Of a stretch of DNA of 64,000 nt, positions 11,101 through 22,133 are shown in pieces (position 1 is the stretch's first letter; each line of letters begins with the position of its first letter). A program made the translations under genes and the position numbers. This stretch comes from Klebsormidium nitens (lineage: Eukaryota; Plantae; Klebsormidiophyceae): contig DF236959.1 of NCBI GenBank assembly GCA_000708835.1, forward strand, positions 226,938 through 290,937, read 5' to 3'. The notes beneath the pieces were generated by a model. That model made no database searches and had not been told where the DNA came from. It saw nothing but the letters and a program-made list of their open reading frames with translations.

Positions 11101-14100
11101 ATCTCGCGAGCATCGTCCAGTGCATCGTGCAGGATGATCATCCGGACTTCGACAAGTATTTCGAGAGCAATCATATGAAGTATTTGGAGCATGCGGAAAA
11201 GCGGATGGCGGAGGTGGCGGAGCTGCCGGGGCCGCTGATTACGATCGGGTGAGTGGGCGCTAATCTGGTTCTTCTTCTCTTCAAGCAGTGCAGATGTGGC
11301 TCCACCGAATGACACTTTCATAACCGCGATCTTAAGATTGATCACCACCTGCCAGATGAGAACGACTGAAAGTGGAAAGCTCGAAGCTTGAAATAGCCGG
11401 ATGCCCATTCTTGAAGCGATCAATCGCCTGTAGGTTTCTGCATTTGCTGCCTTTAGGGCGTTACTGAGATACGGGAAGAAAGGAGCTGGTAGTCGGAGCG
11501 TTACTGGAGTGAGCATCTGTCGATTGTATCACCCACCACAAATGGCAAATTGTGTGTCTTCCCTCCGATTGCGTCCGAGCTTCATTAGCGATGCTAAAAG
11601 GAGTTGTTTGCAGAGATTGGATAATGATTGGCAGCTTTTCAAATACTGCTGCGCTTCAAGTAGGAGATCTTAGTCAAATACAACCCGGAGATACGATGCA
11701 TGCGTGTCGGGGATTTGGACAGCGAATCGTTCCGTCGAACCCCCAGCCATAATTACTTTCTTACGTAGCAAAGCCACCCAAATAAACAAGCGTTCAAAAT
11801 TTTCTTCGAGCGTGCTTTGGAGCCCAATATCTCGACTCTGTTCCGCGCAGGCTGAGCGTCGGAGGCGCCGTCGCCCTCGCGCTCGCGGCCGCGCACCCGA
11901 CGCGCGTCGCCGCGGTTGTCGCATTCGCGCCCTTCCTGAAAGTCCATGGCGAGGTGCGCGCGCAGTACGTCAACCTCGTGGGGCCGCTGCACCTGCGCGA
12001 GACGGGGTACGACCCCGCGCTGCAGTTCTCTGTGAGCCGTTGATCGTGCTTGCTTTGGTATGTCAGCCGTCCGATCTCATTTCGCGAGACGGGCTACAAC
12101 CCGGAGCTGCAACTTTTTATGAGCCGTCAATCCTGCTTGCTTTGGAACGTCAGACCTTCCTTGTGACATCTGCGCAAGACGGGCTAAGACTCGCTGCAGT
12201 TCTCTTTGAGCCGCCAATCCTGTTTTGCTCAGGGATTATAGTCGTTAGATTTCGGTTCGCAAGACGGGCTATGAACCCGCGCTGCACTTCTCTGTGAGCC
12301 GTTGATCCTGCTCGCTTTAGGGTGTAAGCCGTCAGATCTTAGCTGAATCGTTTGTGCGAGACGACTTACGACTTGCGGTGCGTTTCTCGTCGAGCCGCCG
12401 ATCCTGCTCGATTAAGCAGTATGGGTGCAGCCGTTATGCCTTGCTGTTCGTAAACGGTTGTGATTTTTGGATGCCCACTAGCATACAGGAAGTCTCCGTC
12501 AGGTCTGAGCTGCCTCGTGAAGCAGCATTCTGTCTTCCGTGCGCGTTCTTGGAATGCCTGGAGCTTTTACCATTTCTGTGTTCCTTTCGAGCGGGCTCGC
12601 GTACCTGCATGCACGTCCCTGCTTTTGAAGCGCCCAAGCTTTCTCATCTTGAGGGGGCCGCTACTGAAACTTTGCTTTAGCTCTCCGCGTGCTAGGCTTT
12701 CCTTTTCGCTTGGACTCAAATGGTCCCTGAGATTGGAGCTTCTGGGTCAGAACTGCCAACACGCTTATGCAGGGCCGCAAAACCTCGAAGATTCATCACA
12801 AGATCCTACACTGTGAATACGGGCCACTTCCAGCAGGAGCTTCGACGAGCATGCGACTCGAATAGGTTTTGCGTGTCTCTCTTGCTGCCTGTTGGTTGTT
12901 GCACAGCAATCAGCCCTTGTCGCACTAAGTTCCTTTCGTAAACACAGCTAAATCAGCAAAGCTCACGTGACGCTTACAAGAAAGTCGCAGAAGAAGAGTG
13001 CAGAGTTGTCACCGAGCACCGAGTTTACATTCTATCTTTCGTCCAGGTCGGCTGTTACACGGCCAATCAGCGCTTTGGCCGCACTCTAGTTGCCGCCGAG
13101 AGCGTCGACGCGCTCGCGCGCGTGCCCACTTTGCTGGTGCTAACGGAGAACGAGGACGCTGCTGACGTTGCCGAGAACGAGGCGCTGAGCGCGCGCCTCG
13201 CGGCCGCGGACGCGGGAGGCGCGCGCGCGCCCCACTTGCTGCTCAAGTACGCGGAGGACGCGCGGGTGCCACACCCTATGGTAGGCTGCCACGTGGATCA
13301 CGTCGTTTCTAGCAACGACACTCTGCCGTTGACTTTTGAAGGTGTTCGGTGTGTCCATATGTACTGAGTAGTATGGCGTACATCAATCGAGCTTCTCTTT
13401 CGATCCGGAAACGTTGTATTTGGTGCTATGAATGCTACTCACAACCTCTGGTACTTCCCATCGTTGCTGACCGTTTCGGTCCGCTTCAAATGCGAACACA
13501 GAAGGATTGGACGCTCGGCTGGGTTTGCCGATCACGGCAACAAATACCTGCATAGAACTCCCTCCCCGTTGGACGTCAGGTTTAATTTGTTTGTGTTAAA
13601 ATGGTCAGTTGAGGCTCAGAGAAAACACTTGACACTATATTTTCGCGCAGGTGGACCCACTGGAGGAGAGCCAGGGCATGAGCAACGCGTACTGGAGAAC
13701 CATGTACCAGGTACGAAGCGAAAGAGAGCCAGAATTTGTAAAGAATGGCGTTTCCGATAGAGATTGCATAAGTAATAGTTGAACAAACGACGGGCGCCAT
13801 GCTCATCGTCGTCGGATTGCTGAACAGCGGTCTCGTACGAGTTCAAACACCTCGTTTAATCACAGGTTCCTGATAGCAACACCGAGGTAAGAGCTAAGAC
13901 AGGATTGCTGTGGATGTTCGTCCCTTTTCGCCCTGATTATTTCAGGAGAAACAAAGGCGTCAAGTGAGCCCATTTTGTCGTTTAGATTCAAGTGCAGGCC
14001 ACTGTTCCTGCTTCCCACGTTGTAGTTCTCGCCTCGCAGGCCGGCTTTCAACGCATTCTGACGAACTGTTCACAGAGATTCAGAGAGTGGATCGAAGTAC

Positions 14101-14491
14101 GGCTCCCACCTTCCATTCAGAGCGTCGCGGTTTCCCTCCACACCTCCTCTTCATTCCACGCTAATTTGCCCTTTGCATATTTGATTGATCAATGTCTGTC
14201 CGAGAATCATCAAACTCTCCTCATCCGCAGGAGACTCTCCGTTTTCTTCTCCATCGCGAAATTGACGTCGAGAACTTCCGTTCCGCCGAGTCGTCCCCCG
14301 ACCTCCCACGGCCACCGGAACCGGAAGCTGCAGTGGCAAACGGAAAGGAAGAAGTACCTCAAGGCACAGAAAGCGCCACGTCCCGATGGCCGTCAGTGGT
14401 ATTAGCCCTTGCAATTTTGGCATTCGGCCTTACGATGATTGTGAATAGAGAAAAGTGTCTGGTGTTCTTAAAACAGTTGGTGAGCACATGA
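8170..14491 (+). CDS. Alpha/beta-hydrolase (serine esterase/lipase-like) with a long transit-peptide-like N-terminus and C-terminal membrane anchor, about 594 aa
   Basis: Exons 8170-8631, 9505-9657, 9990-10091, 10917-11248, 11851-12031, 13047-13280, 13651-13710 and 14231-14491 are phase-consistent. Motifs: GTVLLFHGFTG (oxyanion), IG|LSVGG (GxSxG nucleophile), LTENEDAAD (acid), VPHPM (His). Hydrophobic tail WPSVVLALAILAFGLTMIV. Confidence 0.88.
10853..10894 (+). repeat. 3 x 14-bp tandem repeat (CCAAATGACGCAAA) just upstream of the acceptor at 10916/10917
   Basis: Read directly from the sequence: copies at 10853, 10867 and 10881. Confidence 0.9.
11997..12415 (+). repeat. Degenerate tandem array (5 units, about 85-97 bp) of hydrolase exon-5 3' end plus donor
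   Basis: Unit starts GC(G/A)AGACG at 11997, 12084, 12174, 12259 and 12356, each followed by ...TGC...TCT-(GT/AT/TT)GAGCCG...ATCCTGCT-like sequence. Confidence 0.9.
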
Positions 14492-15841
14492 AACAAAATG
14501 GATCGACGTTCAACGGTTGATGTCCTGACTTGCGTTGACTCACTGATTATGAATAGAGCTCGACTTCCCCTGTTATATCTTGCTTATGAAAAGTACCAGT
14601 AGAAGAGGACGGTCCCAGCCATCATTGACTGGCGATGACATTGCAACACTAAAAGTCGAAATCTTAACTCCAATCTGCGTTAATACATGCAGAAGATAGG
14701 ACTTGGAGACATTCTGAATTGACCGTCGTGCAAAAGTTGTTTTCATAAGCGGATATCAACGTACGTATGCGATCGAATGCTTGAGCTTGTCCACCGTTGA
14801 ATTTGAATCAGATCACTGTCGGCCCGCCGGCCGCGGCAGCCAACGTAGACAGGTCGAATCGCGTATCTCAAGCTAGGCGAGCCCGGGATCACATGTGTTA
14901 TAAAGATTTTGGAGCTAGGTCAGAAACCATGCCGTCCCACTAGCAGTACTGAGTACGTACTAACTTAGCTTGTATATATGCATGTGAGATGCCGGATATC
15001 AACGTACCGTTGTACGTACATGATGGCAGTGGACTCTCGCGGGGCAAACTTATAAGATCAAGCTCGGCCGGAGCCAGGCCCGCATGGGAAAAGGTAGCTA
15101 GCCGCAACGTACCGTCATGAGTACTTACTGGCCATTGCAAGATCATGGATACACGTACAATATATGTTGAACAATAATCATATCTTGATCCAAATAAGTA
15201 ACGATCAATTTGACTTGCGAGCTGATTAATTTCAACGTACTAGCTGTCGGACCATGTGCATATCGGTGTCCGCGCGTCTCTTTGTGGCAACTCATTTTAT
15301 CCAGGCTTGAAATGACCGGTTTCAATTGCACAAATGAAGACAATGATACAGACGGGCCCCCTGGCAATTCGGCCGCGTCAAAATTGATACGAAGGTCGGA
15401 CACAAAACAATGCATGCATGATCGTAAGGACACAGCTCAGGCAATGAGCGTTCCTGCAGTCACTGCAGGGGCCTCAGCCCAGAGACTCTTGCACTGAGTT
15501 GACGTGCTCCTTAGCTCCCTGGCATTGAACTGTTTACCGTTCACTCGGTTGGGGCGAGATTTGGATCATAGTATGTGCATATGTGGCATTCAAGTTGCAA
15601 AGCCTTTCAGTCTGCAGCCGCGCTCGGCCCGGCCTTGCGCCATTCAGGCCGACTCGGATACTGACGTACGGCACTTCCCCTCTCAGTTACTGAACTTCTT
15701 ACGTGTGCAGAGAGTGCGCGTCCCTGTTCAACGGTTATCAAAGCGCGCGGCCCGTTAGCCTGCTGAAGCCTGGTTGTTTCGTCGCAGAAGTATGCTTTTT
15801 GTATATGCGACGTCGAATGGGATTGATGCAAGCAGAGGCAT

Positions 15842-18800
15842 CTAGTCTGCAGCGTTCTTGCTCTCAGGTTCGTAGAGGACATTGATCACCGTGTGCCGTT
15901 TCAGCACGTCCTTGAGACCCTTCCGTTGCGGGCGTGCCCCGGCCTTGCCGCTCGTGATTGCGATCGCAACGTCGTTGCCGAACAGTTTACGTTGCCACGT
16001 CAGCAGGATCGTCATGCCCAGAATCAAAACAACAGCCACCGATGAAATGATAGACAACGCAAAGGCAAGGGCCTGCAACAAAGACGGAGTTCGTTAACTC
16101 CACTCTACGGATGGCGAGAGCCCTTTCCCTTCTTTCTAAGAGGGTTTGACGGAAGAGACTCTGCCAGTGACGGTCAAAAGGTGACCTAAGATTGGCGGCG
16201 TCCTAAGCTCAACTTACAAAGTGATTCTACGCATTAGAATCAAGCCGGTGCTGCGTGCTTTGTGAGACCTTCAGTTTCACGCGAAAAACTACGCGAGAAG
16301 AGCGGTAAGTTTGAATCTTCGAAAAACTCCGTAGCGCTTGGTAACGAGTCGGACAAGCTTCGACTGAGTTCTGCGTGAACTCTGCTCTCGTTTGGCGACG
16401 CGCAGCGACATATCGTTTCTGGATTTTCATTAGGCACCGGATCGACCCTCGTTATGCAGAGAAGCCTTTTCTGGAGCAAGACCGTGGGCACTTTCAAATG
16501 CGACGAGAGAACGAGCTTGCCCGCGGTTTCGTAACGCGACAAACTTGTCCGTCAGGAAAAGGTCGGTGATGTTTACTGCCTCTGGTGAATGTAAGCACAG
16601 AAAGCGCGCTCCAAGAGCAAAGAAGGACGGAAAGAAGTAGCGTAAGCAAAGAAGTCACCTGAGTGAATCCGGTTGTGACCCCGTTGGCATACCCGATGCT
16701 CGCGATGCCAGCCGCCGTCATAGGGAATGCTGCGGAAAGAGAACTTCTTTTGTTGATCAAGCACGTTCCCTCGACTTACTTATCGTCCCGTAACAAATGA
16801 TGTGGATCGGCGCCGTCTGGCACTTCTGACTCTTTAAATGTTTTTAGCGGTAAGCAGATGCGCTGTTTCCTTGATTGACGTCGACGAAGGACGTACGGAG
16901 CGGCCCCTTCGCGATGGAAAACTGCCCTCCCAGTCACGGTTCTTTTTCTGAAATTGTTCAACAGATCGTCTTCATCAGATCGGGCACTCCAAATTGCGGC
17001 AGGGGACCGCTGAACCAGGCAATCATTTTCTGAGCAACTTCTTGCAGTATTTGAGAACGCGGCATCTGGTAACAAATAAAGTCCACAATCGTGACCTTAT
17101 TCTGTACGCTACTCCATATCCGGAAGCATCCTTCAGTAAGTGATTGAGAATCTTCAGTCAGGTGGGCGTAGCAGACGGAGTGCAGACAGCCTCTTCGTCG
17201 TGTTTGGAAACAAATCCATACGCTCATTGCCTGTGCATAAAGCATCTCGTCGGATAAAAGGCAACTCCCTGGCGCGGCGACTCGAGGGAAAGAGTGAACA
17301 ACTTACTGTAAGCCCACCACGCTAGGGAGAACTTCACACCGATGAACTTGCGTGCCATGGAGAGCTGCACGGAAGGGAAAGGGCCAAGACGTCACGGGTT
17401 AAGCACGTGCACTTATCAGATACCAGGCGTCAACCAGGTGCATTTAGCGGCAAAACGACTCTTTCTCTCGAAAGTCGGAGGAGGAACTGAGGGACTGTTA
17501 TTGATAAGCTGCTCATCTTGGGGTTGCTAAAAACGCTCGTCAGCTGCCGGGCTTCCGGAACGTCTCAATTCCGTAACAGTAAACTAGACCTGAGGGAACC
17601 CCAGTTTTGCCGCTTTGTTATTTCCCCCAGAAGTGAGAGTCCCGTTATAGGGCTTGGAAAAACCATGTGTGTTCGGGCCGTGTCCCGGGGACCAATTGAA
17701 AACTCTGCCTACACTTGTACTGATGTGAACTTTTCAAGGTTCCATGTAAACACAGGATAATTGTCGGAGCGATGGTTGGCAAGATTGGCTGCAAAAGCTG
17801 TGAGAAGGAGCTGTACCTTTAAGGAACGGCAAGCACAGCAGCTCCCCGAAGTCCCTTTACATCTTCGAATCAGAAAGCGTTGCGGAATTAGCAGCCCATA
17901 CGCCTTTGGACGAAACAGACTTTCTGCAGGGTGATCACACTGGTGCGGTGTGATGACGTCACCTCACCAGAATAAGGTAAAGGAAGCAGCCGAGCCAGAA
18001 GAGCCCTTTCGAAAAGTCGTCCGGGACACCCCCTTGGATCAGCCGCCACGTGGTACTTCCCTGCAACAGTAAAAGTAGTGCTGACCCTCAAGACAGTGCT
18101 CGTCGAACTAGAGGTGCGAGATACGAAACTTGGAGCAACACATTGACCAGGAGAGAAAAGGTGGGTCTCGGACAGACGCTTTTGCAAAAGCGAATGACAA
18201 CCTGCACTTGCAAACGGCTGATCCTATTTGGCTGCAAAACCGTTCCAAGCGCGCTCGGCATAACGAACTTCTGGATTTAAGTATCAACCATAAGGTGGCC
18301 CTACTTGCACCTGTCATCCAGCTCATCACAATGATCGCGTGGCGGAGTTATGAATCCAAGCAGGTTGCACGAAACAATCTGACTCTGACACGGTTTGCAG
18401 CTAAGCGTAAGGAACAAAAAAGTGTATTGAGAAGTGAAAACCCTAACTAAGGCGGCCAGATGAAGAACAACTTAGGCTGAAAGTTATATCTGGATTTGTT
18501 ACTCGATCGGATTTGCCGTCTATTCTGGAGGATCATGACCGTTTGATCAGCCGCTACACACGACGTCACCGACTGTAGTGCAGCGGAAACCCAAAACTCG
18601 CCTGGAACGGTATCGCCAGAAAGAGGAAGTAGACCGGGTGCAGTTCGTCAGTAAGTGACGTCATGGACGGCAGCTGCTGGTACAGGGTTATGAAGACCAC
18701 GACCCAGTGAGTAAACCCGACCGCGAAGAAGGCGACCGCGGGTTCGCGCCAGCCGCAAGAGACGGCGAGGCTCGCCCCCACGAAGCTCGGGATGATGCTC

Positions 18801-21800
18801 AGAAAGCTGGTCGGGTTAGCGACCTGCGGTGGGTTAAGAGAGGGGTTGAGCTGTGTGAATGGGCTCAAATGTCAGTGGTGCGGTCCTGCGTTCTAACTTT
18901 TGATATAGCATGTCAGCGGATGGCATACGACGGAACTGGTCAGTTTACCGACATGCGGCGATGGTTTCAGCGGGAGAGATACGAAGTTGCAAACCTGGGT
19001 CTCAAGAACAGTTAGGGTTTGAGGCGTGTACTCTCGCTACAGGCAGCCTTGGAGAGGGAGGATGAAAGTTTAAGTTCAGCCAGAGCTGGCGCCGAAGACA
19101 GCTTGATTTGGCGCCAGGGTTGGCGTCGGAGAAGCAGGTAGATCTTGCTTTTACAAAGCCAAATACTAGGAGCTCAGTGTAAAGGAACATATCGCATATG
19201 CACGTCGCACAAGTCCTAAGCGGACGGATTCTTGACGAAGGGTCGAGGTCTGAAAGTCGCATCGACTTTGTGTTGCTTGGTTGTCCATGCGCCGAGGGCA
19301 GGCCCAAACAACCCGTCAACGGGCCTCGGTCTTTGAAGCTGGTGTTGGTTTTGAACGTCAATCCCTCCGACAAAGAGAAAGCTGCGTGTCTCACCTTGCT
19401 GAGGCGCTCGTTGGATCCGGTCATCCAGTTGCCGTACCGCCGGATCATGAGGAGCGTCAGCGGAATCATGGGCACCAGGAAGAGCGCGTAGGGGGGCTTG
19501 TGGCTGAACTGCAAGGTCGAAGGGCCTGTTGGTGTCGCTTCAAAGTGTCAGTCGAAGAGCCGGAGGAGCCGGTGTTGAATCTTGCAAGGTCAGCACGGCT
19601 GGGTACGAACTTCCTAACTTCAATGACTGCCTGCTTTGAGAAAGCGGTGACGAGATCGTGAACAGAACGGGTGTCAATTTTACCAAGTTCACTTTTAATG
19701 ATCAATACAATCGGAGCGCTAGTGTCACGGTATAGGTTGGCACTCTGGACGCCGTGAAAGAATGTTCCGATGGACGTCCGAATCCAAATGTGTATGAGGT
19801 CGCCGGAACCGGCTTAGGTAAGACGCCCGACTTCAGATGGACAAGAGGTGGTGATGCATGGTGATACTCCTCTTGTATGACACTAAATGCTAACCCATGT
19901 TAAGCGGAGCTGAACATTGCAAGTATAGAGCCAAGTTAAGCGAGCACGTAAAGTTGCCTGAGAGGAACCAAAGCTTACTCGGGGTGGAAGCCCGATCCCC
20001 AGGAAGAGGCACGCGATGAACGGAGTGAAGAAGAAGTTGGTTCGAACGGGGTGCTCGCTTTCCCTTCGGACGTAGGGCGTCCAGAGAAACGCCTTGAGCA
20101 GGTAGACGAGGGAGAGGGAAAACTGCAGCCACACCAAGGGGGCAGAATTTAAGAAATCGATCAGATTGATTGCCGGTTTCTCTACTGGCTGTTCACGCAC
20201 TAGCATATGGCTAAAGTTCGCGAACGTTTTGCTTGACATATTTTCCTGTGGCTTCTTCTTTCCTCATACAGCTACCTGCGGACAGAAGAGTTGAAAACAG
20301 GATTGACTGATTGTGGTCGTCTTTTCTTCGGCTGCATTTGGCACTCAGAATGTGGAGTTACTAAATGGTCAGTTAGTGAAACCTCAAGGCTTTCTGAAAC
20401 GATAGCAACGATACATACTGTAACCATACCGCACCTTGTTTAAATCAAACGCCACCCTTGCAGCGATGTTGTGACCAATAGCCCCACCTTACTCAAGCTA
20501 TGCCAGCAGCCATTTCTTCCACAGGAGGCGGATCAAAATTACACTAGGAGCCAGTTAGCACCACAATATATGAGGTCAAGTACCATGGAAAAGCAGGGTC
20601 AAGATAACGTGAGCGTGGGAGTGCGCTTTGCGCACAGACTAGGACTAGAACCAGAACAGATGAAGCCAAATAACAGAATGCGCATGTCAGCTTCTCACCA
20701 AAGAAAGACTGATCTGAACAAACGCTTACCAGCACAGCCGCAGAGAAGTACCAGAGACCCTCGCTGATCTCGACGGGGATGTTGGCCCACTGCATGGAGT
20801 GCGCCTGCGCCAGGTTCTTCCAGAGCACCGTCTGGCTGCCCAACCCCATGCAGATACCAAAGGTCGTAACCGGGATCCGAAGCAGAAGTGGCCACCGCTC
20901 ATCTTGTGCAAGAGCCGTCGTTTCTCCTTCCTGGACAATGGAGATTAGTGTGAGTGATTGCTATCTGGTGAATCTATGGATATGAGGCGCTTTGTAAGAG
21001 CAATCAAGTAAGTTGACTGGCAATCTAGACTGTCCGATGGTAACACTGATTATTGTCGGATCAGAGTCAACGCTTTCTATAGGGCCTGGCAGGTATGAGC
21101 GGATGAGAACCTCTCTTGTGAGTTGCGTTTTTGAAGAGAGAGGAACATCAGCTCCCTATCCTGCTCCTAGATGCCGTTTTGCATTCTTCTGGGTGGGGAA
21201 AGAAACATAGACAGGGACTCTGCAACGAGAGGCAAACGAAACCAAGCACATGGACCTTGCTTCCCGCTTTGTTGGATGAAAAGTTGGAGCTTGTATGACA
21301 GAAGGGTCCACTTTCCCAGACCTCTCCTGAGCTGCAGGACAGTACAAGATTTGGAGACCTTTCTGGGCGATGAAGCTTTCTCAGCCTTGACCCAAGCTCT
21401 TCAATCTATGGCTGCTACGAGTGCCTCCTTTCAGCGCTGCAGAAACCAGATTGCTTACCTTGATTGAGCTCCCCTAGTCCCAGCCTCTGCGGTACCGCTT
21501 TGGCACAAGCTTTCCAAAATCTGAACCCTTTCCAAATCATACCAGAACCGAGAGGAACCATAGGCTTCTACGACAAGAGAACGTAGAGCAATGGAGGAGC
21601 ACAGCACATGCTGAACCTCTGCACTTACAGTCCCTGCAGCGCTTCCTGTGCTGCTTCGACCCCAGCTTTGTTGGTCAAAGAAAGCCAAAGCCAACAAAAG
21701 CCAACAATGTGAACAACATTGTGGCTCAGGAAATAGAGGAGAAACATCAGAACACAAAGAGTGCGCCTCTTAAAGGTTCAAAGAACATCCTCACCTTGAG

Positions 21801-22133
21801 CTCTTCTAGCTCCGGCCCTTGCAGTGCCTCCTGATATCGCTGTGGCCCCAGCTTCTCCACTGCAAGTCGCACCAAACTGTGCAGCTCTTGCAGCATGATC
21901 GTGCTCGCCAGGCCCGGGCACAGCTTAGATCGGACTAAGCGCCACCGCCGCCGCGCCTCTTCGCGCCGCCTCCATTCTCCCTGGTGGCCTGTAAGTAGCC
22001 TGGTGAGCTTGCTAAGGGTGCTGTCCCCTGCGTGTCGGATCTGCTCAAGAAGGGAGCCGGCGGAGGCAAGGCTTGCCATGGGAGAGTCTAAGAGGGGCTG
22101 GTCTATGCTCATGTACCGTGTATCATGAGTCAA
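15842..22133 (-). CDS. SLAC1: SLAC1/SLAH-family S-type anion channel, about 490 aa
   Basis: Nine exons in phase: 21795-22133, 20730-20930, 19979-20122, 19395-19508, 18602-18823, 17968-18060, 17307-17364, 16659-16729, 15842-16072. Family motifs: RYQEALQGPELEELK, WPLLLRIP, HPVRTNFFF, YGNWMTG..ERLSKVANP, LHPVYFLF, FSLAWWAYTFPMT, LFGNDVAIAIT. The start Met is uncertain among 22133, 22112 and 22079. Confidence 0.95.

Noticed and set aside
10746-12297. ORFs 10746-11516 (-) and 11704-12297 (+)
   Set aside because: Antisense or off-frame shadows of GC-rich hydrolase exons 4 and 5.
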